From positions 1,240,001 to 1,304,000 of the forward strand of contig CP060756.1 in assembly GCA_023205875.1 (NCBI GenBank): DNA of 64,000 nucleotides, written 5' to 3'. The notes beneath the pieces were generated by a model, which saw nothing but the letters and a program-made list of their open reading frames with translations, had not been told where the DNA came from and searched no databases. Positions 28,787 to 40,266 of the stretch are shown here, piece after piece (position 1 is the stretch's first letter; the number at the start of each line of letters is the position of its first letter). Source of the stretch: Chloropicon primus (lineage: Eukaryota). Position numbers and translations under genes: made by a program.

Positions 28787-31700
28787 ATGGTGCGGGAGTG
28801 GTTGGAGGACGAGCTCCACGCCCTGATGGGGTTCGCGGAGAGGGCCCTGACGGACTACATCTTGGCAGTGGCGAAGCGGTCCCGGTCGGTGGAGGAGCTC
28901 CGGGCCAAGCTCGAGGACCAGGGCCTTCCCCCTGGCCAGAAAACGAGCACGCTCGCCGAGGCGTTGTACCAGAGGGTGAACGGGGCGTCCACCTCCGGCC
29001 AGGAGGCGGCCGCCGCGAGGGAGAGGCAGGCCGCGGACCAGGCCAAGCGGAGCGCCACGAAGTACGCCCTGGTGACGGACCAGGCCGACGAGGAGGAGCG
29101 CCGCGCTGGGGAGGGGTCGATCTCGAGGAGGCGGCACCGCCGGGGAAAGGAGGGCAAGGGCAGCAGGGTCGAGGACGCCGGAACGTCGTCCCGCGGCGCG
29201 GAGGACAGCGGGACGACGTCTCACTTCTCCCAGAAGAAGAGGCGGAAGTGGGAGGAGGACCAGGACATGACGGAGGAGGAGCTCGAGGCCAAGCGCCAGA
29301 GCGAGGCGAGGCTGCGGGACCAGCAGGAGAAGGCCGAGTTCGAGGAGCGGCTGCGGGCGAGGGACGAGGAGAGGACAAGGAGGATGGCCGAGGCGAGCAC
29401 CTCGGGCGGGCCGCAGTCCGAGATCGACAAGATCGTGGAGAGGGTTTACGCCAAGTCCGAGGGAGGCGGTGGGGGGAAGGACAAGACCAAGCTGATGCCC
29501 ACGCTGAGGGAGGTGAGCCGCCAGGAGTACCTGAAGAAGAGGGAGGCCCAGAAGCTCAAGGAGCTCAAGGAATCGATAGAGGACGAGCTCTTCCTCTTCA
29601 AGGACGTCAAGCTGACGAAGAAGGAGCAGAAGGAGTACGACTACAAGAAGCGGGTGTACGAGCTCGCCACGGAGAGGATCAAGGAGATCGACGCGGTGAA
29701 CGAGTACAGGATACCCGATGCCTACACGAACGAGGAGGGGAAGGAGCAGACCAGGGACGAGAGGTACGCGGCGGCGCTGGAGAGGTACAAGGACAAGGTC
29801 GACAAGGACGACGCCAACCCGTTCAAGGAGCAGGACGCGTGGGAGGCCCACCAGAGCAAGCACGCCAAGCTCTCCACGGGGGCCGAGGCCGGCCGGCGGG
29901 AGGAGGGCCAGAGCTACGACTTCGTGTTCGAGGACCAGGTCGAGTTCATCAAGGAGGACCTCATGACTGGGAACTTGGACTTGCTCGAGGAGGACGAGGG
30001 GGAGAGGGAGGCCAAGCTGAGGGACCTGGAGGAGAAGTCGGAGAGGGAGAGGATGAAGGCCGTGAGGGCGAGCTTGCCCATCTACCAGTACAGGGAGTCC
30101 CTGCTGTCGGCCATCCAGGAGTACCAGATCTTGATCATCGTGGGAGAGACGGGCAGCGGAAAGTCCACGCAGATTCCCCAGTACCTCCACGAGGAGGGGT
30201 TCAGCAAGCTGGGCAAGATCGGGTGCACGCAGCCCAGGAGGGTTGCCGCCATGAGCGTCGCCGCCAGGGTTGCGGAGGAGATGGCCGTGAAGCTGGGCAA
30301 CGAGGTGGGCTACAGCATCAGGTTCGAGGACTGCACGTCCGAGAAGACCATCGTCAAGTACATGACGGACGGTATGCTCATGCGGGAGTTCTTGGGCGAG
30401 CCGGACCTCGCGTCCTACTCGGTCATGATCATCGACGAGGCCCACGAGAGGACCTTGCAGACGGACGTCCTCTTCGGCCTGGTCAAGGACATCGCGAGGT
30501 ACAGGAACGACATCAAGCTGCTGATCAGCAGCGCGACCCTGGACGCCGAGAAGTTCTCCGAGTACTTTGACTACGCCCCCATCTTCAGGATCCCAGGCCG
30601 GCGCTACCCGGTGGACATCATGTACACCAAGGCCCCGGAGGCGGACTACATGGACGCGGCGGTGGTGACCACGCTCCAGATCCACGTCACCCAGCCTCCC
30701 GGGGACGTCTTGATCTTCTTCACCGGCCAGGAGGAGATCGAGACGTGCGAGGAGATCCTGAGGCAGAGGACGAGGTCCATGGGGTCCAAGATCTCCGAGA
30801 TGATCATCTGCCCCATCTACGCCAACCTCCCGTCCCAGCTCCAGGCGAAGATCTTCGAGCCGACCCCCGAGGGCGCCAGGAAGGTGGTCATCGCCACCAA
30901 CATCGCCGAGACGAGTCTGACCATCGACGGGATCAGGTACGTGATCGACCCTGGTTTCGCGAAGCAGAACAGCTTCAACCCCAGGACCGGGATGGAGTCC
31001 CTGATCGTCACCCCGGTGTCCAAGGCGGCCGCCATGCAGAGGACCGGCCGGGCGGGCCGGACGGGCCCCGGGCAGTGCTTCCGGCTGTACACGGCGTGGA
31101 GCTTCCAGCACGAGTTGGAGGACAACACGATCCCGGAGATCCAGAGGACGAACCTTGGGAACGTCGTTTTGATGCTCAAGTCCCTGGGGATCAACGACCT
31201 GATGAACTTCGACTTCATGGACCCCCCGCCCGCGGAGACCCTCCTCAGGGCCCTGGAGCAGCTCTACGCCCTCGGCGCCCTGAACGACAAGGGGGAGCTG
31301 ACCAAGCTGGGGAGGAAGATGGCGGAGTTCCCCCTGGACCCCATGCTCGCCAAGGCTATGGTCGCCTCGGACGCCCACGGCGTGAGCGAGGAGGTCATAA
31401 CGATCTGCGCCATGCTCACTTGCGGCGGCAGCGTGTTCTACAGGCCCAAGGACAAGCAGGTCCACGCGGACAACGCCCACAACAACTTCCACCGGGGGAA
31501 CGTCGGGGACCACGTCGCGCTCCTCCAGGTCTACAACACCTGGAGGGACTCGGGGCACAGCACCCAATGGTGCTACGAGAACTTCGTTCAGATCAGGGAG
31601 CTGAAGCGGGCGAGGGACATCCGGGACCAGCTCGTGGGCCTCATGGAGCGCGTGGAGATCGAGCTCAGGAGCGACGCCCAAGCCTTCGAGAACATCAAGA

Positions 31701-31984
31701 AGAGCATCACGTCGGGGTACTTTTACCACACCGCCCAGCTCCAGAGGAACGGGTCGTACAAGACGGTGAAGAACCCCCAGACGGTGCACATCCACCCGAG
31801 CTCCGGCTTGAGGGAGTCCCTGCCCCGGTGGGTCGTGTACCACGAGCTCGTCCTCACCAGCAAGGAGTACATGAGGAACGTCACGGAGATCAGGCCGGAC
31901 TGGCTGGTGGAGATCGCCCCGCACTACTACAACAACGCCAGCGACCTGGTCGGAGGAGGAGGAGGAGGGCACAACAAAAAATAA
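28787..31984 (+). CDS. DHX16: Pre-mRNA splicing DEAH-box helicase DHX16/Prp2
   Basis: [37 protein letters not shown] and QRTGRAGR. N-terminal [14 protein letters not shown] is typical of DHX16. Confidence 0.95.
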   Translation: MVREWLEDELHALMGFAERALTDYILAVAKRSRSVEELRAKLEDQGLPPGQKTSTLAEALYQRVNGASTSGQEAAAARERQAADQAKRSATKYALVTDQADEEERRAGEGSISRRRHRRGKEGKGSRVEDAGTSSRGAEDSGTTSHFSQKKRRKWEEDQDMTEEELEAKRQSEARLRDQQEKAEFEERLRARDEERTRRMAEASTSGGPQSEIDKIVERVYAKSEGGGGGKDKTKLMPTLREVSRQEYLKKREAQKLKELKESIEDELFLFKDVKLTKKEQKEYDYKKRVYELATERIKEIDAVNEYRIPDAYTNEEGKEQTRDERYAAALERYKDKVDKDDANPFKEQDAWEAHQSKHAKLSTGAEAGRREEGQSYDFVFEDQVEFIKEDLMTGNLDLLEEDEGEREAKLRDLEEKSERERMKAVRASLPIYQYRESLLSAIQEYQILIIVGETGSGKSTQIPQYLHEEGFSKLGKIGCTQPRRVAAMSVAARVAEEMAVKLGNEVGYSIRFEDCTSEKTIVKYMTDGMLMREFLGEPDLASYSVMIIDEAHERTLQTDVLFGLVKDIARYRNDIKLLISSATLDAEKFSEYFDYAPIFRIPGRRYPVDIMYTKAPEADYMDAAVVTTLQIHVTQPPGDVLIFFTGQEEIETCEEILRQRTRSMGSKISEMIICPIYANLPSQLQAKIFEPTPEGARKVVIATNIAETSLTIDGIRYVIDPGFAKQNSFNPRTGMESLIVTPVSKAAAMQRTGRAGRTGPGQCFRLYTAWSFQHELEDNTIPEIQRTNLGNVVLMLKSLGINDLMNFDFMDPPPAETLLRALEQLYALGALNDKGELTKLGRKMAEFPLDPMLAKAMVASDAHGVSEEVITICAMLTCGGSVFYRPKDKQVHADNAHNNFHRGNVGDHVALLQVYNTWRDSGHSTQWCYENFVQIRELKRARDIRDQLVGLMERVEIELRSDAQAFENIKKSITSGYFYHTAQLQRNGSYKTVKNPQTVHIHPSSGLRESLPRWVVYHELVLTSKEYMRNVTEIRPDWLVEIAPHYYNNASDLVGGGGGGHNKK

Positions 31985-32478
31985 AAGGTGGAGGAGGAGG
32001 AACCACCACCTTTCCTTTTCTATTTTTGAGAGTCCATGAGGACTCTCTTCTGCTCTACGTTAACTTAATCCTAAAACTGGTTTTATTCCCAAGATTGAAC
32101 CTTTTATCCACAGACAAGCTGTTGGATGACTGTTCCGAGGAATATACTTCTAATGTCCCCCGTGGCATCCTCATGGGCAACACGAGAGGAGAGAGGTTTC
32201 GAGGATCTCTTTGCAAGTTGCGCTCTCCGGAATGGTCTTCATCCGGCTCTCGGATCCCAGTCGTAATATGCGTCGTTTCAGTTTTTGGAATTCAGATCTT
32301 CCACGCGCGCCATCGCGACCTCACGTGCTGGCGGCTGTCGAGTTCGATCCTTGTCGACCGAGCCCCCCCCCCCCCGTGCTCGTCTTTCCTTTTGTTTTTC
32401 CTTTGGCGTAGAATCCCTTTTTCACGGCTTCCCCGCCCCTCTCCTCCGGGCTTCCTCCTTCGTTTTTTGCAATCCGAT

Positions 32479-33602
32479 ATGAGCTGGAGCGCGATTCAGC
32501 TCAGCCACGTGAGGATTCTGTCCAGGAGTCGGCAAAAGGCAAACGTGCGCGCGACGAACGAGACGAAGGAGAAGGAAGGGCGACGGAACGAGCGAGCGAG
32601 CGAGCGAGAGACGACGACAAAGAGCGGTTAGGGTCGACCTCGTGATAAGGCTTGGACTCCCCCATTGAGTAGAGAGAGGCACTCGTCCAGGGGCTCGGCT
32701 CGACGACGAGACGAGCTTTTGTTTATTTTTTCCCTCGTGGTGTTCGTTAGGAAGGACTAGTAACAATAGAGACGCCTGTGCAGAACGGCGAGAACATGAC
32801 GATAGTCAACACAATACCCGTCACGGGAGCCCAGCTGGTGAGGCCGCTGGCCGTGATGCCGTCGGGGGCGGCCATGGCCCCGACGAGTATCCAGATGTCG
32901 CCGCTGGTCCCCTCCCCCCTCGCCATGACGGGGGCGGCCATGGATCCCGTGTCGTTCCAGCAGTGGTGGCAGGCCGTGTCCCAGCTGAACGGGTCGAGGC
33001 CGGGGACCCCCCTCGCGGCGCTGAACGCCCAGGTCGGCCCCTTCTCTAGGATAGCCTCGCCGACCCTGGAGCAGATGCAGGAGCTGCAGCAACAGCAGCA
33101 GCAGCAGAGGGCCCCGCAGCAGGCCAGCGCTGGGGTGAAGACCAAGGGGTCCAACAAGTCTGGCAAGGGTAAGCTGGGGTCCTCGCGATCTTCGAGCCCG
33201 GCGAACTTGGTTGGCGGGGCCGAGGCCCCGGCCAACAGCGGCCTGCCCCTCAAGGCGTCCAGGCACAAGTACGCCGAGCAGAGGAGGAGGAACAGAATCA
33301 ACGAGAGGCTCGACCAGCTCAGGACCCTGGTGCCCCACACGGAGGGCAGCAACATCGCGGGATTCCTCGACCAGGTGATAGAGTACGTCATGAAGCTGCA
33401 GCAGCAGCTCGACATCGACCCCCAGGCCGGGCAGCAACAGGTCTGCGACGTCGCTCAGGTGGTCAGGACCAACAACGTTGAGGGGCAACAGAAGGCATCC
33501 AACACCACGGACGAGAAGCAGGGAAAGCGCGAAGCCAAGGCCGAGGGAAAGGCCGAGGACTCGCAGGCCGACCGCCCAGCCAAGAAGGCGAAGCGTAACT
33601 GA
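32479..33602 (+). CDS. bHLH transcription factor
   Basis: SRHKYAEQRRRNRINERLDQLRTLVP...FLDQVIEYVMKLQ with the H-E-R G-box-binding residues. Predicted exon 1 is 32479-32508 and intron 32509-32783 (phase 0). The 5' model is tentative. Confidence 0.85.
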
Positions 33603-33963
33603 CTTATACGACACCACCGGTGGAGATCCGCGCGAGTTTCGCGAGAATAACAGAGCAAGGCGGCGGCGTCGGTACACGCCGGCACAGCTGCGCGAACTCG
33701 ACCAGCCGCCGGGGAGCTAACGACTTTTTTATTTCCGATAGATGTAGGGAATCTACCAATTTTGATGGAACCAAGCCAGGCCTAGTCCTTCTCCACGTCG
33801 TGCGCGCGTCTCTCTCCTTCTCTCTCTGCCTGCCCCCTCGACGACGAAGAACAGCTCCTCATCCACTCACACACCTGTTGAATGGTAGAATATTATCGAT
33901 TTGATTACAAAGTAGCCTTAAAGTTCTCCGCGCGCGGCGTGCGCCCCCCAATCACGGTCAATC

Positions 33964-36900
33964 CTAGTCCAGAGCGCTGTTGTACTCGAAAGGCTCTGGT
34001 GGAGGAGGCTCCGTGCTCGCTGGAGGCTCCGTGTTCACGGGGATGTTCACGACCTCCAGCTCCTTCCCGGGCTCGTTGTCCTTGAGCAGGACGATTCCTA
34101 TGGACTTGGCGTTCTCGTTGATGGGCGTGAAGCGCGAGCCGGCCAGGAAGTGAACGTGCTTCTCCTGAGCTGGGACGACCCTCGTTGGGTTCTCCTTCTG
34201 CTCCTCCGTGGCCTCGGCCTTCGGCTTGGAGCCCTCCTCCTTCTTCTCGTCGCCCGCGGCCTCGAGCTCCGCGGCCTCACCCTCCACCTCCATCTTGTTG
34301 CTGTCGGCGTTCTCCTTGCCCTTCTCGCTGGTGCTCTTCTTGGCGTCCTCCTTCTTGGCCGCCCTCGCCTTGGCCTTGGCCGTGGTAGAAAGCACGGCCG
34401 TGGGGGCCTTGCTCGTGAGGACGTTGTTCGCGTGCTCCACGGGCTCCGCGTAAGCAAAGATGCTCGGCTTGCACTTGGACACCACGCTGAACTTGGGCAT
34501 GTCCAGGTTCTCGTTCAGGCCGATGAACGCGGTCGGCGTCAGGGGCAGACTCATGAAGTAGGACAGGGGGTACCAGTACCAGTACTGGGTGAAGACCGCC
34601 ATGCCGATGACGGACAGCAGCCTCGGGAAGCCGTTCCTGCTCCTCAAGCGGATGTTCACGTTCCTGCCCCCCGCGTCAATCAGTCCGACCGCGATGATCG
34701 CTCCCATCTTGCACATGACGTCCTCGTGCTTGTCGCTCACGATCTTGTCCAACTTCTTCCTGAAACCGGACACCTTGGATTCTGGCTGCTGGAGGAGAAC
34801 CATCGAGGTCGCTATGAGGGCTCCCTGCCTCACAAAGTCAATGGCATCCTTGCTGAGAACCTGGAGAATGTTCATGGCCTCCTTCATTCCCGTTCCCGCG
34901 CAGGCAATGCCCAGGGCCATGGCCACGCCGTACCTCACGTGAGGGTTGAAGCTCTCCGACAGCAAGGCCACGGTGTGAGGGCACTGCTCGGGCTGAGAGT
35001 ACATGACGAAACCGAGGCACATCACGGCAGCCCTCCTGACGTCGTCGCTCACGTCGCTCACGGCAAAGTGCAGGAGCTTCTGGATCGCAAAGTTGCTCAT
35101 GGTTCCGCTGTACGCCAAACCGATGCAGAACATTCCGCCGTATCGGAGAATCGGGTTCTGGTCCTGGCACAACTGCAGTATCAAGGCGTCCGCGTTCTCC
35201 TCCCTCCCGTACATCACCAAGGCGCAGCCCAGAGCCAGCCCCCTGGTGATCTTCTCGTGCTGAGTATCGTGTGCATACGCGAGCATCTGCTCCGTCTTGT
35301 CACTCCCCGTGCCCACCGAGAGCAGGCCAATCGCAATTCCCGCGGCTTCACCCGCAACAGCGGAGTCCGTGTAAAGGACATTCTTAAGATCCTCGAAGAC
35401 TTCTTCGTCGTCTGTTCCCAAGGTCGCTAGTCCCAAGCCCAAGCAAGCCCCGTGCTGCACCACCTCGCTGCTAGCGTTGCGGAGGGACTGCAGGAGAAAG
35501 TCACGAATGACCTTGCCCTTGTCGCAGTGCATGAGCCCCAGGGCGTAGAGCGCTCCTCCCTCGGAGAATGGGCTCCCGCTGCTCCCGTCGGATGGCAAGT
35601 AGGGTGCCATCAAGAACTGGCCTTGGGAGAGCTGGCCACGGTGGATGACTCCCAGACCCGCGGTGGCGCTGAACTTGGCCCAGTTCGTGGCCCTGGCCAA
35701 CCAGTCCAAGTGCTCCCTCAGGAACGTATCCACCGTGGTTCCCATGTGCATGAGAGCGTTTGTGAAGATGATTGCGCTGTGGCACACGCTGTTCCTCGTC
35801 TCGACACTGCTCTTCAAGTTCTTCAAGATGGTTGGATCCGTGCGGTTTTTACTGTACAAAAACTCCAGGTGCAGTTTGATCGGGGCGTCTCCCTGAAGGA
35901 TGGACAGCAGCTTGTTGACCTTCCTGTCGCTCTCCTTCTCCTCTGAAGAGGGTTTCTCCTTCTTTTCGGCAGGGGCAGCACCTTCCGCCGCTCCGGTCAT
36001 CTCCTGGTCCGCCTCCATGGGCTCTGCTCCCTCCTGGCTTGCGGCTGGCTTCTCGCCATCCGCGGCGGTCTCTGCTGGCTGCTCAGCCTTCTTCAACATC
36101 TTCTCCACGTGATCCGAAACTTTAGAAAGGAACTGTGGCTGCTCGTTCTCGAAGAGGTCGAAAGCGATCTGATAAGCTAGCAAAATGCTGTCCGAGTCTT
36201 GCCCCAGCAGGTTGGTGAGGATCTCCGCGACCGCGGCCGCCTCGTCAAGGAACATCAGGCACTGGCTGATGACGATCCAGTCCGGCTGGTCGAGCTGCTT
36301 GAAGAGGTCCACCATCAAGCGCAGCGCCTTCTCGCGAAACTTCCTGCTCACGATCAAGTTCTGACAGACTCTCAGGGCGTACGTCAAGAGCTTCTTGTCG
36401 AACTGGCCGTGCTCCGCGACCGTCCTGAGCAAGTCCAGGTGGCACGAGTCCAGTGCTATCCCGATTGCCTGCTCCAGCTGGCCGTCCTCGAGGCACCTTT
36501 TGAACATTCTTTGCACGATAGCCTCGAGCCTGCTATCGATCTGGATTTCCTCCCCCGAGATTTCGCCCTTCTCTCTTTGCTTCATGTACTCGTCGATGCA
36601 CTTCCCCACGATAGTCTGGACGTAGTCGCTCTGCTCGGTCACGTCGAAGAGCGAGCCGGCGCACAGGGCGTACGTAAGGGACTCCTGAAGCTCACCCAGA
36701 TGGTAGAAGACCTGCGGCAACAAAAAAAACTCGCGAGTCAGTAAAACAAGACGTGATCTACGACACGATCTACGTGCTCCACGGGCAGTTTCGTGCCGCA
36801 GACCTCCCTCTCCTCCCCGCGAATCTCGCTCCCTCTCTTCGACCCACTCACCTTGGACGCCAAAAGCGCCGCGAGGTTCCTCTCCCCGAAGCTCTCGTCC

Positions 36901-37121
36901 TCATACAGGGCCTCGATGGTCGCGATGGAACTGCTCACTTCAAACCACAGATCCGGCACCACCTCATCGAGCTGCTTCAACGCACACGCCCTCAACCTGT
37001 CGTCGTCCTCATCGAGCAGAGCTATCAGTCCTTGCGCGGACGTAAGCTTCTGCTGTCCCTCCACCTCCTCACCCTTCTTCATCCCTCCGTTCGCTCTCTT
37101 AACCACGGCCGCGCTTGCCAT
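33964..37121 (-). CDS. RPN2: 26S proteasome regulatory subunit RPN2 (PSMD1)
   Basis: Exon 1 37121-36852, intron 36712-36851, exon 2 36711-33964, joining LLASK|VFYHLG. Also ATNWAKFSATAGLG, PC repeats and the C-terminal PPPPEPFEY. Confidence 0.97.
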
Positions 37122-37463
37122 CCTCTTCTCTTTCGTCCTCTCCGCTCGCGTCCCTTCAAATTCACACCCAAGCCAAGTTCAAAATCATCTCACATCATCT
37201 TGGCCTTGGGACCAACTCCGAGGGAGGGAGTTGTTGAGGATGGAGGTCCACGGGGGGACGGGATGCGGTCGAAACCGTGTTCGATCAAAGGATCGTCGCT
37301 CAGGTCTTTCCTCTGACCCCGCGTTTGAGAAGAATGGCCAAAGGGTGAGGATGGTGCCTCTGAACTGAGATCCCTCATTCTGCAGACCAAGACGCATATC
37401 TTGGACACAACACGTCAGCACCAGCACCAGCACCACCATCGTTTGTTGTTGTTGTTGACAACG

Positions 37464-38357
37464 ATGAAGGTGGTGAGCTACAACCTCAACAGGTTGGCGA
37501 CGGAGGGGGCTGGAGGAGCAGACAAGCGGAGGGCGCTCACGGATTTTGTCTCCTCCGAGTCCGCGGACCTGTACTTTTTCCAACTCGTTTCGCGGGAAGT
37601 CCTCGCCCACATTCGGACGGCCTTGGACGGCTATCACGCCTGCGTCTTCGCCGCACACGACTCGGAGGACGCGTTTGGTCTGGCCATACTGAGCAAGGTC
37701 GACGTCGTCCCCGAAAGTCGCTGCGAGCACAGATTTGGAGAATCGGAGAAGCTCTTCGCCCTCTCCTGCTCGGTGTCTCTCTCTCCCGGTGAGGAAGTGA
37801 GGGTCACGAACGTGCACCTGCACAACACGAGCGAGAGCATTCGATTGGACCAGGTCGCTTCCCTCGTCGAGAGCGACAGCATCAATGCAACACGGATGAT
37901 TGTGGGCGACTTCAACGCTTTGACGAAGAGCGATTATTTCCCACACGAGTGGTCCGCCTTGGTGGATCTCGCAAGGGAGCGCGAGTGGGAAGAGAGGCAG
38001 GAGAGGGCGACCACGTCCCTCACCGCATCGACTGCAGGGACCAGCTTCGTAGACACTTGCAGGTGGATCGACGAAGAGAGACGAAGAGGGAGTGAGAAGG
38101 AATGCGCTTCTTCCGCCGTTGCTGAGCGTCTGCACACGTACGTCCTCACCTTGAAGGAACGCGCGGTTCGTCTCAGGCTGGACTACGTATTTCTACGACC
38201 GTGCCCATCGAAGCTGCGGCCGATCGACTTCCACGTCTGCCACGACGTCCATCTCTCGAACCACTTTCCAGTCGTCTGCACCTTGAGCAGGTCCACAAAA
38301 CACCTGCAGTGGTGCGCTCGTGATGTGGCTAGTGCCCCCAAACAATTGCGACAATAA
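37464..38357 (+). CDS. Endonuclease/exonuclease/phosphatase (EEP) family protein
   Basis: MKVVSYNLN, GLAILSK, TNVHL, IVGDFN, LDYVF and SNHFPV. Confidence 0.8.
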   Translation: MKVVSYNLNRLATEGAGGADKRRALTDFVSSESADLYFFQLVSREVLAHIRTALDGYHACVFAAHDSEDAFGLAILSKVDVVPESRCEHRFGESEKLFALSCSVSLSPGEEVRVTNVHLHNTSESIRLDQVASLVESDSINATRMIVGDFNALTKSDYFPHEWSALVDLAREREWEERQERATTSLTASTAGTSFVDTCRWIDEERRRGSEKECASSAVAERLHTYVLTLKERAVRLRLDYVFLRPCPSKLRPIDFHVCHDVHLSNHFPVVCTLSRSTKHLQWCARDVASAPKQLRQ

Positions 38358-38649
38358 TTAGAAAACAATTCTAAATCCAAAGAGCGGGTTGCCTTGGGTT
38401 GGCTCCGACTATAACTCCCCGGGCTTTGCTCCTCTCCCCTCTTCAATCTCTTCCCCCTCCTTCACGATTTGAGCTTGGGCCTCTAAAACCCATTTTCCTC
38501 AAAAGGCAAAGGCGGTGCCTTGGAGAGACACCAACTCACCACGATTGAGTTGTCGGGTTCCGCGTCTATCAGGCCAACGGGGAGGGACTTGGTTCGTGCC
38601 AGGACCATCTTGAACGAGAACGAGCGCGGGGGCAAACGGGAACAGAAGC

Positions 38650-38656
38650 TATTTAA
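38650..38656 (+). promoter_or_regulatory. Putative TATA box (TATTTAA) of the micropeptide gene
   Basis: Lies about 60 nt upstream of the AAG|GTAGGC donor at 38712, leaving room for a short CA-rich non-coding first exon. Confidence 0.45.
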
Positions 38657-38987
38657 GAAGCGGACAGCGTAGTGGATTGACAAGCACGCAAAAACACGCA
38701 CACACACAAAGGTAGGCTAGGAAGACCCTGTCTTGGTTTGCGTTTCCTGGGAAGGAGCGTGCCTTGCAACGATTTCTTCGCCTCGACTCGACTCGCGCAC
38801 GTTGCCTGGACCGTGGACAACACGGCGGCGCGTCTTGTCTTGAACGACGTGGTGAAGGGAAGGAAAGCCAAGGGACGTGAAACTTGGGACGTCGTCCTTG
38901 CAGATCGCAACTCTCCTCACACAACTCTCGAGAGGTCCGCTGACCTAAACGTGAAACGTTTCCTCCTCCTGTTCTGTCCGTGCACAG

Positions 38988-39101
38988 ATGAACGGCGCAG
39001 ACGTCACCGCTACCTTGATTATCGTGTTCCTCTCCCTCTTCGGCTTTTTCTGCACGATGGGTTACCTGAAGAGAAGGTCCGACGGTTATGGAAACGTGTG
39101 A
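38988..39101 (+). CDS. 37-aa single-transmembrane micropeptide (reminiscent of SMIM30/DUF4730)
   Basis: MNGADVTATLIIVFLSLFGFFCTMGYLKRRSDGYGNV*. The ATG directly follows a 5'-UTR intron 38712-38987 (GTAGGC donor, GCTGAC branch, pyrimidine tract, CACAG acceptor). Confidence 0.65.
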   Translation: MNGADVTATLIIVFLSLFGFFCTMGYLKRRSDGYGNV

Positions 39102-39411
39102 TTTAGCGTGAAGCTGGGCTTGCAGCTCAGCGTACTAAATGCACTTTTGAAATGGGACAAAAGCATTCTTTTAGGGCTCACCCTGGCGGTCGTCCTTCTC
39201 GCGGCAACCGCTCTGTCCCTCATCATCTCCCAAAGTGAGGGCCACAATCCCCACAATCGATTGTCGTGCTTTTACCTTCCCCACGCACGCACGGGTCGAC
39301 GCTGACCACGCTGAATTCCCAATCTTGAAGTACATTACATGTGTGTGTGTGTGTGTGTGTGCGTGTGTGTGATCAGCGTCTCTCTCAAAGCTGCTCCCGG
39401 GTGGTGCGTCT

Positions 39412-40266
39412 CTAGCAACCCACGTACACCGCCTTGCCGCCGTGGGTGAGCTTGAACTTTGGGTCGAACACGAGCCCCTGCGGTATGATGACCTCCCTGT
39501 AGTAGGCGCTGCACTGGTATCCCACCCTCTTTGGGATGTGAGACGCAAAGAGGCCCCACTTGGTTCCGACCCCGAACGTCCTGGCAATCTCCAGAAACAG
39601 GTTGTGCTCCTCCTCGGTCCACTCGCCCATACTCTGCGTCTCGTGGGGGGCAACGTGCCTGTAAAAGTACGCGTTTGGGTTCTTCAGCAACAGCGTGCTG
39701 CTGAAGGCGCGCGCGTCGCTCCAGCCTCGCCCCCTCAAGTGGGACGGAATGTCCGACTTTTTGATCTTGAACGAGAACTGGCCTCCACCGTTCTCGTTCC
39801 AGGCCCTGTCGGGGTCGCCTGCTATCCCGTACCTCTCGCAGACTTCCTCGTTCACCCAGCCCGTGAAGTGGCCGTCCGAGCGGATGGGGTCCACCTCCAT
39901 GCCGTGCTCCTTGAAGTACTCCTCGAGCTCCAGCAGCTTGGGCTCCTCGGCCTGGCTGCCACTCTCCCGGTCGTCCGCAAACACTTCCGCCCCCGGATCC
40001 ACCCCCCGGAGCCGCGAGGACTTGCGCAAGGACCGCGTGACGGGCGCAAGGACCCTCCCGCGCCTCCTGCCGTACGACATCCTCCTCCTCCCGGGCCTCC
40101 ACTTGCTCGCGTTCTCCTTCGCGTCCCCCCCGTGGCTCGCCACCACGCTCACCATCGCTTTGTTGATGTTCCTCTCCGTCACGAGGCCCTTCAATTTCTC
40201 AAAGTTGCGGGAGATCCTCGCCTCCCGCTCAGTCTCGTAGTCGTTCCCAGAGTCGCCCCTCGCCAT
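39412..40266 (-). CDS. Myb/SANT-domain protein
   Basis: C-terminal GEWTEEEHNLF.......G...KWGLFASHIPKRVGYQCSAYY. N-terminal YETEREARISRN. TTACA (minus-strand TGTAA) at 39335. Confidence 0.8.
   Translation of the reverse strand: MARGDSGNDYETEREARISRNFEKLKGLVTERNINKAMVSVVASHGGDAKENASKWRPGRRRMSYGRRRGRVLAPVTRSLRKSSRLRGVDPGAEVFADDRESGSQAEEPKLLELEEYFKEHGMEVDPIRSDGHFTGWVNEEVCERYGIAGDPDRAWNENGGGQFSFKIKKSDIPSHLRGRGWSDARAFSSTLLLKNPNAYFYRHVAPHETQSMGEWTEEEHNLFLEIARTFGVGTKWGLFASHIPKRVGYQCSAYYREVIIPQGLVFDPKFKLTHGGKAVYVGC

Noticed and set aside
28409..31972. 1187-aa minus-strand ORF and similar long antisense or alternate-frame ORFs (54383-56635, 60065-61768, 30745-32631, 51697-53148)
   Set aside because: Shadows of high-GC3 genes on the opposite strand or in another frame, with no recognisable motifs.
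31985..32013. Rho-independent terminator-like hairpin after DHX16 (AAAGGTGG/CCACCTTT)
   Set aside because: Eukaryotic Pol II context, and a short inverted repeat within low-complexity GGA/CCA sequence.
37464..38357. LINE retrotransposon endonuclease
   Set aside because: No RT domain, ORF1, poly(A) tail or target-site duplication. It is a stand-alone EEP gene.
39127..39226. Minus-strand C/D snoRNA (ATGATGA ... CTGA, 100 nt)
   Set aside because: No convincing terminal stem and no rRNA guide complementarity that I could verify. An Rfam/snoscan run would be needed.
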